From: Mobula hypostoma
Taxonomy: Eukaryota
NCBI RefSeq assembly: GCF_963921235.1
Contig: NC_086107.1
Span: 109,246,001-109,310,000, forward strand
Reading direction: 5' to 3'
Length of the DNA: 64,000 nucleotides
A model generated the notes under the pieces. It searched no databases. It saw nothing but the letters and a program-made list of their open reading frames with translations, and was not told the DNA's origin. Of this stretch, positions 10,968-23,829 are shown in pieces. The number at the start of each line of letters is the position of its first letter. Within the stretch, counting starts at the first letter, position 1. Position numbers and translations under genes: made by a program.

Positions 10968-13900
10968 TACCTCTTCCTATAGATGCTGCCTGGCCTGCTG
11001 CGTTCCACCAGCATTTTGTGTGTGTTGCTTGGATTTCCAGCGTCTGCAGATTTTCCCGTGTTTGCATATTTAAGACAAGGTTGGAATGATTTTTGCACAG
11101 TCGGGGAATTAAGGGTTATGGAGAAAAGGCAGGTAGGTGGAGATGAGTCGATGGCCAGATCAGCCATGATCTTATTGAATGGTGGAGCAGGCTCGACGGG
11201 CCAGATGGCCGACTCCTGCTCCTATTTCTTCTGTCCTTATAAAGTCTCAGTCCAAACTTTGTTGCTGGCATATGATTGACTGATTAGATAACTGCATTAA
11301 CGAGCAGGTGTACATGCAAAGTGGCCACCAAGTATACATTTAAAAAAGCAGTGCAAAAACAGAGGACGTGTTCATGGTCAGTCAGAAATCTGATGTTGGA
11401 GCGGAAGATGACCCTAACGTGGAGTGCGTCAGTAATAGTAAAGTTGATTCTGCCTCTTGAAGATGCTAGGGAGGCTACTGCCCATGACAGGGTGGATCAT
11501 TACCACTGAACAATAGGATTCAGAGCTGCCTCCATTCACTGCATCCCTCCAGACCCAGAGGCAGGATTGATCCAAGGTGTTCCCCGTTGAAGCATTCAAC
11601 AGTTGTTTCAGCTTCTTGAAACTGAAGGACCCACCCAGCTAACATCAGCTCTCTTGAACGGTGACATACTCCCCTGAACTCAGAGGCATGAGTTGACGGA
11701 TTGGGAATCTTCCATGTAAATCCAAAATTCCACACAGCAGGTTGAAATATCCAGTTCTGAGGGAAGCCTCTAGATTTATTGGACTTGCTGGGTAATAGCA
11801 ATTTTCACTCACCTTTGAAAAGGTGTGAAAGATCCTCAAAGATGTCGAACTCCCAAGAGGCTTGTTCAATTTATCACTCTGATGATGGCTAGCAGTGTAC
11901 AGATACCACATCCATTCACATAGCGATGGCTAAACCATGGGATTGGCTCCCAGTGCCGCCCCAAGTGTCCAGTTAGCGAAGCTTGGCGTGAAATCCAACC
12001 ACCCAGAGGTTAAATCACCTGTAAACATCTCACCTATCATATTGTTGGAAACAACTGTTTTTTAAAAAAAATAATTTTTAAGTTTTGTACTTTTTAACAA
12101 ACTCCTGTATTTTCACACTCAGTGGCAGAAAGCAGTTAAACTAAGCGTGTTTATTTATTGGGATATAGAGTTGAGTAAACCCTTCCAGTCACGCCCCTCA
12201 ACAATCCCGAAGTTTAACCCTAGCCTAATCACAGGACAAATCACAATGACCAGCTAACCTGTCAACCAGTGCGTCTTTGGAATGTGGGAGGAAATCAGAG
12301 CACCCAGAGGAAACTCACGTGGTCACCAGAACATACAAACTCCTTACAGACAGCGGTGGGAAAAGAAACTGGGTCACCTGTACTGTGAAGTGTTGTGCTA
12401 ACACTACCTTGCCACCCAAAGTTTATGACTTATTCTCATTGTTCATTGGCTAAGTATTAACACATTATCAATGTGACGTAATTGTTTTAAATTAAGTTTA
12501 TCTTTACCGAAAGAGTTTCTCTTATCTGTAAAAGTAATGGATTTTTCAGAGGCTACATAATGGTATCCTTCCTATCTTTATTCCTTTGTCTTCACATCTA
12601 TACACCTCAGAGCATCGTTTCTCAGCTCTTTATTTAGTTTGCTTAAGTATTTGCATGTTTGTTTGTACTTTAAAATGAACTGAAATCTTGAAATTAAGAC
12701 TGCTCATCATTTCTGACTCCCAAAAGAACCGTAACGATTAGAACTTAAAACAAAGAACCAACTACATCCACTACTGCACCCAAATATCCCAATGTGTGGA
12801 CAACTACACTGAAAGGATCAAGTCCATCACTCTATTCAAATAGAGGCACATAAACCGGAAATGGATGAGGACATAATACCATAAGAAATAGGAACAGAAT
12901 TTGGCCATTTGGCCCATCGAGACTGTTCACCATTCCATCATGGCTGGCCTATTATCGCTCTCAACCCCATTCTCCTGCCGTCTCCCCATAACATTTGACA
13001 CCCTTACTAATCGCGATCCTGTCATTCTCCACTTTAAATATACCCAATGACTTGGCCTCCACAGCCATCTGGCTAAAGAAATTCCTCCTCATCTCTGTTC
13101 TAAAGGGACACCCTTCAATTCTGAGACTGTGCTCTCTGGCCCCTCCACTTCCGCTCTATCTAGGCCTTTTAATATTTGATAGATTTCAATGAGATTTCCC
13201 CTCATACTTCTAAACTCCAACAAGTACAGGCCTAGCCATCAAATGTTCCTCATACATTAACCCTTTCATTCCCGTGAACCTACACTGGGCCCGCCCCAAT
13301 GCCAGCAGATCCTTTCTTTGATAAAGGGACCAAAGCTGCTCACAATACTCCATGTGCTTCGACAAATGCCTCAGCAGTACGTCCTTGCATTTATATTCTA
13401 GTCGTCTCGAAACAAATGCTAACCTTGCACTTGCATTCCTTCCCACCAACTCAATCTGCAAGTTAATCTTTAGGGAGTCCTGCACAGAGACTCACAAGTC
13501 ACTTTGCACCTTGGACCTCGGAATTTTCTCCCCATTTAGAAGCCATTCAGGCCCTCAAACCTTGTGGTTTTCCATTCCTCCAGGAAGTGAAAGAGCTTCT
13601 GATCAACAGAATATAGAACAGTACAGGCCCTTCGGTCCACGATGCTCTGAAGACTTTTTAACTTGCACCAAGATCAATCTAACAACACAAACACACACAT
13701 ACACACCCTTCCATTTTTCTATCATACATGTGCCTGTCCAACAGTCTGTGAAATGTCTTTAATATATCAATCTCTACACCACCCCAGAGGGAGAAAAGGA
13801 AAAAAAAGACCTTGATGCTCCTGAGTTGTAGAACACAGAGATGCTGGAAGTTATGGAAGTGTACTTGTAGTAATAAAACGGCATTTTTGTTTGCAACAAA

Positions 13901-14773
13901 ATGGAACCTGCACTGTACCAGAGTGCTTTGCTAATAGTGTTCATTCAACATTATGGCAATGGAACCTGAGTCCTTGACAAACTGCAGACCAGCAGATCCG
14001 TTACGGGAAGAATGCCACATATACTGATTAAGCAGGACAGAATGTATCCTTCCCTTGACTGAAAGCATGAGTAGCTGTACTTGTGTATACAGGAGTGGCT
14101 ACGCTGTCTCTTTTTGGAGGCCATCACCGGCTCTTGTGCGGTGCTAGTCTCCCCTTGCTAAGCTTATGATCGATCCACCATAAGTAAATTGATGCAGTGA
14201 AAAGGTGCTCAGCAAAATCTGGAATACAGGAGTATGCAGGGAGGATCCAGATAGTTACAAAGCCTCTCTTTGTTACTCATGGTCACCAGTGATCCTGCCC
14301 CTTCTGGACATTATCTGTGCTGTCAATGATGACATAAACCAGAATTAACAGCAGGAAGTAAGCTTCAGTATTAAACTCCTCCCTCTAAGCGGACTACAAC
14401 CTTGTCGTGGTGCTTCAATGACCTGGACAGCTATGTTGACTGGAGTCAGGGCCTTGTGCTTTGACTCATGCCTAACAGGTCAAAGGGTAGAGGGTTCACT
14501 TTGACCGCTAAGAGTGGTCCACCAGGTTCAGCTCAGGGCTAACAACCCTGACTGGTAAAACAAAATAGTTACAGAAACAGCAATGAAGAATCCTTCTCTA
14601 TCTATGTGTGACGGTAAAGGACAGAGAAGGAAGACCTTCATTGCTGCCCTAAATGTGTAGCAGCGTAACGGGCGGTACGTAAACTTCTCCATGCCTGATT
14701 AAAGTCTGCAACATAGGAATAAATATCACCCCACAATAAAGACAAAACATTTTGCCTTCAAACTGGTCCTTAG

Positions 14774-14779
14774 TTTATT
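14774..14779 (-). terminator. Probable ATP5MF polyadenylation signal
   Basis: AATAAA on the minus strand about 80 nt after the stop codon. Confidence 0.75.
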
Positions 14780-14860
14780 TTCCAGGATTACAACTCAAAG
14801 TTGTGCTTGTAGACAGCTCCATAAATACAGCGAGCGAGAAGGTCTGTGATCCCCCAGGGT

Positions 14861-14889
14861 TCAGTGGTATTTCCTCCAGCGTTCGTGCT
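14861..14889 (-). CDS. ATP5MF: ATP synthase subunit f, last coding exon (KHERWRKYH*)
   Basis: ttgtag|AG CAC GAA CGC TGG AGG AAA TAC CAC TGA; exons sum to 16+108+117+29 = 270 nt = 89 aa plus stop. Confidence 0.95.
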
Positions 14890-16361
14890 CTACAAGGACA
14901 CAAAACCAGGTGGTCAGTCAGAGGAACGTCAGCCATCTTGGACAGTCAAACCCAACCAGACCACAGTGAAACCAAACCCAACCCATAGAGCTCTACTTTT
15001 TAGGTATATTTAAGGCAGAGGCTGATAGATTCTTGATTGGTCAGGGCATGAAAGGATTCGGGGAGAAGGCAGGAGATTGGGGCTGAGAGGGAAAATGGAT
15101 CAGTCATGATGAAATGGTGCAGCAGACTCGATGGGCCAAATGGCCTAATTCTGCTCCTGTATCTTATGGTATTTATATTTATTGTGTGTTTTTGTTTGGA
15201 TTATTATTGTGTTCTTTATCATTTGTGTTTTTTCTGTGCTGCATCGGATCTGGAGTAACAATGATTTTGTTCTCCTTTACACTTGTGTACAGGAAATGAG
15301 ATTAGACAATCTTGAAATCAGGCAGTTAAAAAAAACAGAAGATATTGTTTATCCAGCTTACTCTATATCAATATAAAGATAAAACTATTATTGACAAATG
15401 ATCTGGCAAATTAATTTGGCGTAGTGTTTTGGACAAGTATCAACTTATCCTTCATACATGCTGTACATTCTGTTCTTGAATCAACGTCACTGCAGATGAG
15501 GCCCCAGTTTAACATCTCATATGAAAGATGGCAAGAATTCTGCATTTTCTCAGCACTGAGGATTACAAACTCAAGTCTCTAGGGAAGGACTCAAATCCAA
15601 AAAACAGAGCATTTCAAAAACTCACAAAAGGAAATTACAGCCGCGAGGAAATCTGCAGATGCTGGAAATTCAAGCAACACACACAAAAAATGCTGGTGAA
15701 CGCAGCAGGCCAGGCAGCATCTCTAGGAAGAGGTACAGTCGACATTTCGGGCCAGGACTGTACCTCTTGCTATAGATGCTGCCTGGCCTGCTGCGTTCCC
15801 CCAGCATTTTGTGTGTGTGTGTTAAAAGAAAATCAAGTTCACCTTAATATTAAGTAAATTCTTTTATACCTTTAGCGGACTGGCATCTTCGTCATTCCCA
15901 CCGATCTTTAAGTGGAAAGCAAATATATTTCCGTCTCTAAAATTAATTTAATAAAACAACAAACAGAAAATGCTGGAGGAACTCAGCAGGTCAGGCAACA
16001 TCCGTGGAAAAGAGCGAACAGTCGACATTCGAGGCCGAGACCCTTCAGAATCCTCATCCCAAAACGTAGACTGTTTATTCATTTCCATGGATGGTGCCTG
16101 ACCTGCTGAGTTCCTCCAGTTTGTGTGCATTGCTCTGGGTTTCCGGCGTCTGCAGGCTTTTTCGCGTTTGTTCATTTTGCAAAAATCTAGTTGTCCCATG
16201 GACACCAGTACTAATATTGGCTTTATATTCCAGGTTTATTCAATTGAAACTTCAATTTAAATTTCTCAGCTGTGCCAAGATTAGAACCATACAGACGTGC
16301 TGGTGAGTTCTTCTATCAAACCCTGTCTTTTCTTTCCCCTCCACCAAAGGATTCCACTTAC

Positions 16362-16478
16362 TGAGGTGATCGTACTCCCAGATGTAACTGATCACAACGT
16401 AGCCAGCCAGCAGCATGGCCACTCCACCAATACCACCTCGTCTCACGTTGATGTACTTGTTGTAGTACCGATCGCGGC
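16362..16478 (-). CDS. ATP5MF: ATP synthase subunit f, exon 3 (117 nt)
   Basis: Pyrimidine tract plus tag acceptor; GRDRYYNKYINVRRGGIGGVAMLLAGYVVISYIWEYDHL; A|gtaagt donor. Confidence 0.97.
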
Positions 16479-16516
16479 CTAGAGGATGGAGAGCAAAGAC
16501 AGACAGCGGAGACGTG

Positions 16517-16729
16517 TGATGCACTATCAATTACTCCAAAAGACTGGAAGTAGAGTAAATACTGAAAGGCTTTTATTAGCAGTAAATGGACCAACGTCCA
16601 TGCTGAGTATCTGCCCTGGACTGAGGGAGGAGCAGTGGGACAATCGCCTTGGAGCCACAGGATCAGTCAGCAGAGGGGAGTGTCCAGACAGGTAACCCAG
16701 TTACAACATAGATACATAGTTTAATTCCA
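16517..16729 (-). mobile_element. Solo LTR of the 5365-5598 family, in ATP5MF intron 2
   Basis: Reverse-complement match to 5365-5598 with a ~20-bp internal deletion; no clean TSD. Confidence 0.82.
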
Positions 16730-18489
16730 GGTCGGTATTAACCAGCTCATTCCCACAGCGCGGAGAGTATGGGAAACCAAACCCACCACTGGACTTTCCG
16801 CAGAGCACAGAGCATTCACATCACACACCCGCTGTTCACTTTAGTTATTTCTTTAGCAATACAACATGGCAACGCGCCCTGGCGGCCCAACGAGTCCATG
16901 CCACCCAATCGCACCCACGTGGCCAACTAACCAACCAACTGGTACGTCTTTGGAACGTGGGGGAAATCCGGAGCAGGCGGGTGAAACCCACGCAGTCACG
17001 GGGAGAATGTACAAACTCCTTGCAGACAGTGGCTGAATTGAATCCATGCCTTAGTAAAGCAGCCGGCATCATCAATGATCCACCACCCTGGACGTTAGGA
17101 TAGTGCAGTGGTTAGCACAACGCTTTACAGTACAGACAACCCAGGGTTCAGTTCCTACCGCTGCCTCTAAGGAGCTTGCACGTCCTCCCCGTGATCGCGT
17201 GGCTTTCCTCCCACAGTCCAAAGGCATACAGGTCGGTAGGTGACTGTAACTTGTCCTGTGATTAGGTTAGGATTAAAATCAGGGGGTTTGCTAGGTGGCA
17301 CGGCTTAAAGGGCCGGAAGCACCCTCCTCCACGCTGTATCTCAATTAAAAAATAAATAAATATGTTTTCTACCCCCTCCCACCAACCCCCACCAAACGGG
17401 TAGAAGGTATAGAAGCCTGACAGCATGTACCACCAGGCTTAAGGACAGCTTTTATCTCACTGTTATCAGACTCTTGAATAGTCCCCTAGTAAGAAAGTTT
17501 ATTTTGACCTCACAGTCAACTTGCATGGTACTTTTCCTGTTCCTGTATCACTTGATCCTGCATACAGCTATTGTTTTACATTGTTCTACCTCAATGCAAT
17601 GAATTGGTCTGTATGGAAGGAATGCAAGGCAAGCTTTTCATTGTGCCTTGGTACATTTATCTGCCAGGGTGGTGGTACAGATACATTAGAGACATTTGAG
17701 AAAATCTAAGACAGACACATGGGTGATAGAAAAATGGAAGGCTTTATTGATCCCGGGGGAACCAATTTCCCCCAGGATCAATAAAGTATGACCATGACTA
17801 TGACTAGCAGGACTATGGATTGCCACAATAAGGACGGCTATGAATACAACGTTATCTACATTGAGGTGCCTTTGCGACGATCAAAACTCATTTAGGGCAA
17901 CTATGCATAGGGTCGCCATAAGTCGACAATGACTTGTTGGCCCTTAACAACATGTGGGGGGGGCGGGCGGGAGAGTTAGATTGATCCTAGAGTAGGTTAC
18001 GGTCGGCAGAACATCATGGGCTGAAGGGGCTGTACACTGAACTCCCTGACACCATCATGCATGAAACGTCAGGAGCATTATACTGTTCAACTTGAGTCGT
18101 AAATTAATCTCACGCTAAATGTCAACCCACTAGAATATTTGCTAATTCACTTGCGGTGATATTAATTCATGCGTTGTGCATATTGGTCTGGAGGAACGTT
18201 GTTTCATTTTGGAGAATATGTGTCAAATCAAATCAAATTATCATTCAACCATAATGCACACAGCAAACAAAATGATGTTTCTCTGGGGCCAAGGTGCAAA
18301 ACTAACAAAATAGCGAGGAAAGAACATATTCATGTGAACAAAAACATATATAATATATATATCTTAGTCGAAGACCCTGAGCAACATGTCCCAACAATTG
18401 TATACAGTTGAATGACAATAAACTTGAACTGCTGTCATGTTCTATAATAATTTGCCCGTTTCAGGGGCTAAGTGGGCTGATACACTCAC

Positions 18490-18597
18490 CTCGCCGTAAA
18501 GCACCCAGAACACCATTGGGAGTGAAATCCCGCGCAGAAACCCAGCGGGAGAGCTCTCCCAGCTTCACGTCCATCAGGCGCTTCTCTGCGACTGGAA
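18490..18597 (-). CDS. ATP5MF: ATP synthase subunit f, exon 2 (108 nt)
   Basis: cag acceptor; VPVAEKRLMDVKLGELSRWVSARDFTPNGVLGALRRG; G|gtgagt donor. Confidence 0.96.
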
Positions 18598-18940
18598 CTG
18601 GCGGCACAGGAGCAGAGAGGTCAGACGTGGTTACAGGGACAAAGGTCACAGCACACAGAACCGCAAACACTTCCTCTCCGGCAACTTCCTCAAGAGGCAA
18701 CGATTTTTAATGTACTTATTCAGCGTTTGGGATCAGTCGACATTGTCCACCCTGAATGGTCGGCCAGCTTCATGAGCCACTGTGGGCAGCAGGATGATGG
18801 CAGCACGACTGCCCATCAACCTCAGCTCGGAAACACTCAGCCCCCAGCAAAACAATTACCAGTCTGTAAGAGCCCAGGCACATTACTATTATTGCTATAT
18901 ATAGCAATATTATTACACATTACAATGCATTATTACATGG

Positions 18941-21610
18941 AAACATAAGATTATTAAGGGATTGGACACGCTAGAGGTAGGAAACATGTTCCCGATGTTG
19001 GGTGAGTCCAGAACCAGAGGCCACAGTTTAAGAATAAGGGGTAGACAATTTAGAACGGAGTTGAGGAAAAACTTTTTCACACAGAGAGTTGTGGATCTGT
19101 GGAATGCTCTGCCTCAGAAGGCAGTGGAGGCCAATTCTCTGGATGTTTTCAAGAAAGAGTTAGATAGAGCTCTTAAAGATAGCGGAGTCAAGGGATATGG
19201 GGAGAAGCCAGGAACAGGGTACTGATTGTGGATGATCAGCCATGATCACAGTGAATGGTGGTGCTGGCTCGAAGGGCCGAATGGCCTACTCCTGCACCTA
19301 TTGTCTATCATTAGGGGGAAGATGCTTGGGAATCTGAAAGGTCTGCAGGTTGATAAGTCACCTGGACCAGATGGACTATACCACAGGGTTCTGAAAGAGG
19401 CAGCGGGAGAGATTGTGGAGGCATTGGTAATGCTCTTTCAAGAACCACTAGATTCTGGCATGGTTCTGGAGGACTGGAAAATCGCAAATGACACTCCACT
19501 CTTCAAGAAGGGAGGGAGCCAGAAGGAAGGAAATTAAAGGCCAGTTAGCCTGACCTCAGTAGTTGGGAAGATGTTGGAGCTGATTGTTAAGGATAAGGTC
19601 TCATTGTACTTGGAGGCCCATGATAAAATAGGTCAAAGTCAGCCTGGTTTCTTCAAGAGAAACTCTTGCTTGACAAAGCTGTTGGAATTCTTTGAGGAAA
19701 TACCAAGCAGGACAGACAAAGGAGAGTTGGTGGATGTCGTGTTCTTGGATTTTCACAAGGCCTTTGACAAGGTGCTGCTCATGAAACTGCTGAACCAGTT
19801 AAGAGGCGATGGTAATACAGATAGGAGACAGGCTGATTGGCAGGGGGCAAAGATTCAGAGTAAAGGGGGCCTTTTCAGGCTGGCTGCCAGTGACTAGTGG
19901 TGTTCCACAGGGGTCTGTGTTCCGACCGCTTCGTTGTAAATTTTATGTTAATGATTTGGATAATGAAATTGATGACCTTGTGGCCAAGCCTGCAGATGAT
20001 ACAAAGATAGGTGGAGGGCTGGGTAGTGTTGAAGAAGCAGGGCATCTGCAGAAGGACTAAGATTAAAAGAATGAGCAGAGAAATGGCAGATAGAATACAG
20101 TGTGGGGAAGTGTATGGTCATGCAGGCTACGCACAGAATAAAAGCACAGACTTGCAGGTTGAGTCAGTGGTAAGGAAGGCAAATGCAATGTTAGCTTTCA
20201 TTTCATGAGGAATAGAATATAAAAGCAAGGATGTAATGCTAATGCTGAGGGTATGCTGGCCTTGATAAATCAGAGCATTGAGTATAGGAGTTGGGATGTA
20301 ATGTTGAAATTGTACAAGGCATTGGTAAGGCCAAATTTGGAGTATTGTGTACAGTTCTGGTCACCAAATTATAGGAAAGATGTCAACAAAATTGAGAGAG
20401 TATAGAGAAGATTTACTAGAATGTTACCTGGGTTTCATCTCCTAAGTTACAGAGGAAGGTTGAACAAGTTGGGTCTTTATTCTTTGGAGCATAGAAAGTT
20501 GAGGGGGGACTTGATAGAGGTGTTTAAAATTATGAGAGGGATAGATAGAGTTGACGTGGATAGGCTTTTTCCATTGAGAGTGGGGGAGATTCAAACAAGA
20601 GGACATGAGTTGAGAGTTAAAGGGCAAAAGTTTAGGGGTAACATGAGGGGGAACTTCTTTACTCAGAGAGTGGTGGCTGTGTGGAACGAGCTTCCAGCAG
20701 AAGTGGTTGAGGCAGGTTCGATGTTGTCATTTAAAGTTAAATTGGATAGATATATAGACAGGAAAGGAATGGAGGGTTATGGGCTGAGTGCAGGTCAGTG
20801 GGGCTAGGTGAGAGTAAGAGTTCAGCATGGACTAGAAGGGCCGAGATGGCCTGTTTCCATGCTGTAATTGTTATATAGTTATACTTTCTAAACGAGGGCA
20901 AAAAAATTCAAAAATCTGAGATGCAAAGGGATTCAGGAGTCCTTGCGCAGGATTCGCGAACGTTTAACTTGCAGGTTGAGTCTGTGGTGAGGAAGACAAG
21001 TGCGATTTCAAGAGGACTAGAATATAAAAGCAAGGATGTGATGCTGAGACTTCGTAAAGCTCTGGTCAGACCAGATTTGGAAATATTGTGAGCAGATCTG
21101 CGTCCCTCATCTAAGAAAGGATGTGCTCACACTGGAGATGGTTCACGACAATGATCCTGGGAACGAAAGCGTTTTTGTATGAGGAGCGTTTGATGGCTCA
21201 GGCCTATACTAAGTTTTATTTAGAGCGAGGAAGGATCTCATTGAAACTTATTGAATATTGAAAGGCCTAGTTGGAGTGGATGTGGAGAGGATGTTTCCTT
21301 TTACGGGGGAATCTAAGACCAGAGGGCACAGCCTCAGACAGCGGGACATCCATTTTGAACAAAGATGAGGAGGAATTCCTTCAGCCAGAGTGTGATGAAT
21401 CTGTCGAATTTGTTGCCAGAGAGGTCTGGTGGCCAGGTCACTGGGTACATTTAAGGTAGAGGTTGATAGGTTCTTGATTAATCAGGGTGTGAAAGATTTT
21501 GGGGGAGAAGGCAGGAGATGGGGTGTTAAAATGGATTAGCCATGGTGAAATGGTAGGGCAGACTCGATGGGCCAAATGGCCTAATATTGCTCCAGTGTCT
21601 TATGGTCTTA
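18941..21610 (+). mobile_element. Nested CR1 cluster in ATP5MF intron 1: young copy 18941-19308, older RT-bearing copy 19310-20250 resuming 20884-21610, third family 20250-20883
   Basis: LDFHKAFDKV, GVPQGSV, ADDTK, RGDLIEVFKIM, FFTQRVV motifs in successive frames. Confidence 0.88.
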
Positions 21611-21658
21611 TATGGCATAATTGTCTTAGGAGGAAAGGAAGGGCATTTCTGTTTAAAG

Positions 21659-21742
21659 CAGGGGTTCCCAACCCTTTTAATGCCATGGACTACTAACTGC
21701 CATCAACCGAGGGGTCCGTAGATCCCAGGTCGGGATCCCCTG
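21659..21742. mobile_element. Tiny hAT/Charlie-like MITE
   Basis: CAGGGGTTCCCAACC ... GGTCGGGATCCCCTG; degenerate 8-bp flanks gtttaaag/ctttggag. Confidence 0.7.
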
Positions 21743-23829
21743 CTTTGGAGTGAAGAAGAGTGAGAGGCAAATTGATAGAGGTGTATAAAATCATAAAAGG
21801 GATGGATAGAGTGGACTTGCCAGTGTCTTTTTTTCCCCAGAGTAGCAATGGCTCACACCAGAAGGCATCCATTTCAGGTGAGTGGAAGATGACAGAGGAA
21901 GTGTTTCCTTTTACACAGGAAGTGTAAAAAGTGCCCAGACTCTGCTAACCAGGAGGTGATGGTAGAGGCTGATAACGAGGGGCTTTTAAGAGACTTAGTT
22001 AGGCACATGGATGAAAGAAAAATGGAGAGTTGCAGGTTATGCGGAAGGGTTAAAATTTCCACTCATCCTGGGCTGAAGGTTCGAACTCATAGTCAGCACT
22101 GCCACATCCACACCTTTAATCCCACTCAGAACCATCTTAACCCAATCATTTAAAATCTTCATACAAATACATCAAATTCCCACTGGCGTATTTAAACACT
22201 GATCAGCAGGTTTTTCAAACATTAATATTATAACTAAATCCATCCTCAAACACTAATTCCTAAGGTACAACGCAGTGCTACGACTCCGCCGAGGATGGTT
22301 AAGCTGCAAAAGGAGGAGGGTTGGGCATGGGGTAGCAACCCCACAACCCCATCCTGTAAAAACCCAGAGCTACAGAAATACCAACAGAAGGCAGGTCCTA
22401 AGACCTCGTCCCTGGGAGGGGAAGGATCTTCACCGAGATGTATGAAGTCATGTGGTGAAAGTGGAAGCCACAGGCCGATCAACCTTCTACTGGCCCGGGA
22501 CAGGTGACTCTGGCCAGCTGCTGTGGGCTGCCCACGCCCCAGCAGGGGGTGATAGGCCTCAGAAGAACGCAAAGCTACCATAACACACAAGAAGAATAAT
22601 CAGCTACACAAGAGATTCTGCTGGAAGTCCAGAGCAACACACAAAATGCAGATCAGGAAGCATCTACCAAGGGGAAGTGAACAAGTCGACGTTTCAGGCC
22701 GAGATAGCTGAAGGGTCTCAGCGCAAAACGTAGGCTGTCCGTTTCCCTCCACAGCTGCTGCCTGACCTGCTGAGTTCCTCCAGCATTTTTGCAACTGCAA
22801 TCTCTTGTGTCTGTCTCCAAGCACAATACCCTCCTCAATCACATCAGATACTGGCATACGTCGTGAAGTTTGTTGTCTTTGTGGCAGCAATAAAACGCAA
22901 TGCATAATAATAGAGAAAAAAATATATAGTCAGCATGTATTAAATAGTTAAATAATTAGAGCAAACATAGAAATTTAAAAAGTAGTGAGGTGGTGCTCAT
23001 GGGTTCAATGTCCATTCAGAATCCGGATGGCAGAGGGGAAGAAGCTGGCACTGAATCGCTGAGTGTGTGCCTTCAGGCTTCTGTATCCCCATCCTGATGG
23101 TAACAATGAGAACAAGGCATGTCCTGGGTGATGGGGGTCCTTAATGATGGACACCACCTTTTCTGAGGCATCGCTCCTTGAAGCTGTCCTGGATACTATG
23201 GAACTTAATCATCTCCTAGCCAGCTAAATTGTACTGAGCACAGATTCCAATTAATTTGAAAATCCACATTTCCTATGCTGATTTCATCCAACATAACTCT
23301 TTACCCCAGACTCTTTCCCAAGCTGACCAGCTCTATCACAAAATCCCTGGAATGACTGGCACCGACAATTTAATTTCCAATATTCCAACACACAGGCCCC
23401 CTCCCAAAGGAAAAATTCAACCTCCAGCGGAATGTCACCTGCCAAGGGATATCGCCTTTGCCCCTCCACCTCACAGCCAATAGTCTTTTACATTGGATTC
23501 CGGCTCCATGTCCAACACACTCTGCCCCGGGCTGTCTCCACCACCCGCCCCGATCTGCACCCTCTCACTCCCAAGTCCCCTACCCTCAGTGGGTCGGAGA
23601 CACAGGAGAGACTGCAGAAGCCGGAAATCTGGAGCAGCACACGAAAAAAAGGCTGGAGATCCTGATGAAGGGCCTCGGACTGCAACGACAGTTCCCAATC
23701 ATAGACGTGGCCCGGCCCGCTGATTTCCTCCAGCGTGTTGTGTGCGTTGCTGCACCACTCAAATCCCTTCCCACCACTGACCTCCGCCCTTGCCACCCAG
23801 GGCAGGATTCCACCCCTTCAGGGTGACCT

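Noticed and set aside
11645..11911. Faint resemblance of MWYLYTASHHQSDKL to PTCD1
   Set aside because: Only a few scattered identities and no open exon frame.
13830..14300. Possible second GPCR remnant on the minus strand
   Set aside because: Hydrophobic patches only; no GPCR motifs and multiple stops.
5365..16729. The two related LTRs as ends of one provirus
   Set aside because: Opposite orientation; the first has its own TSD, and host exons lie between them.
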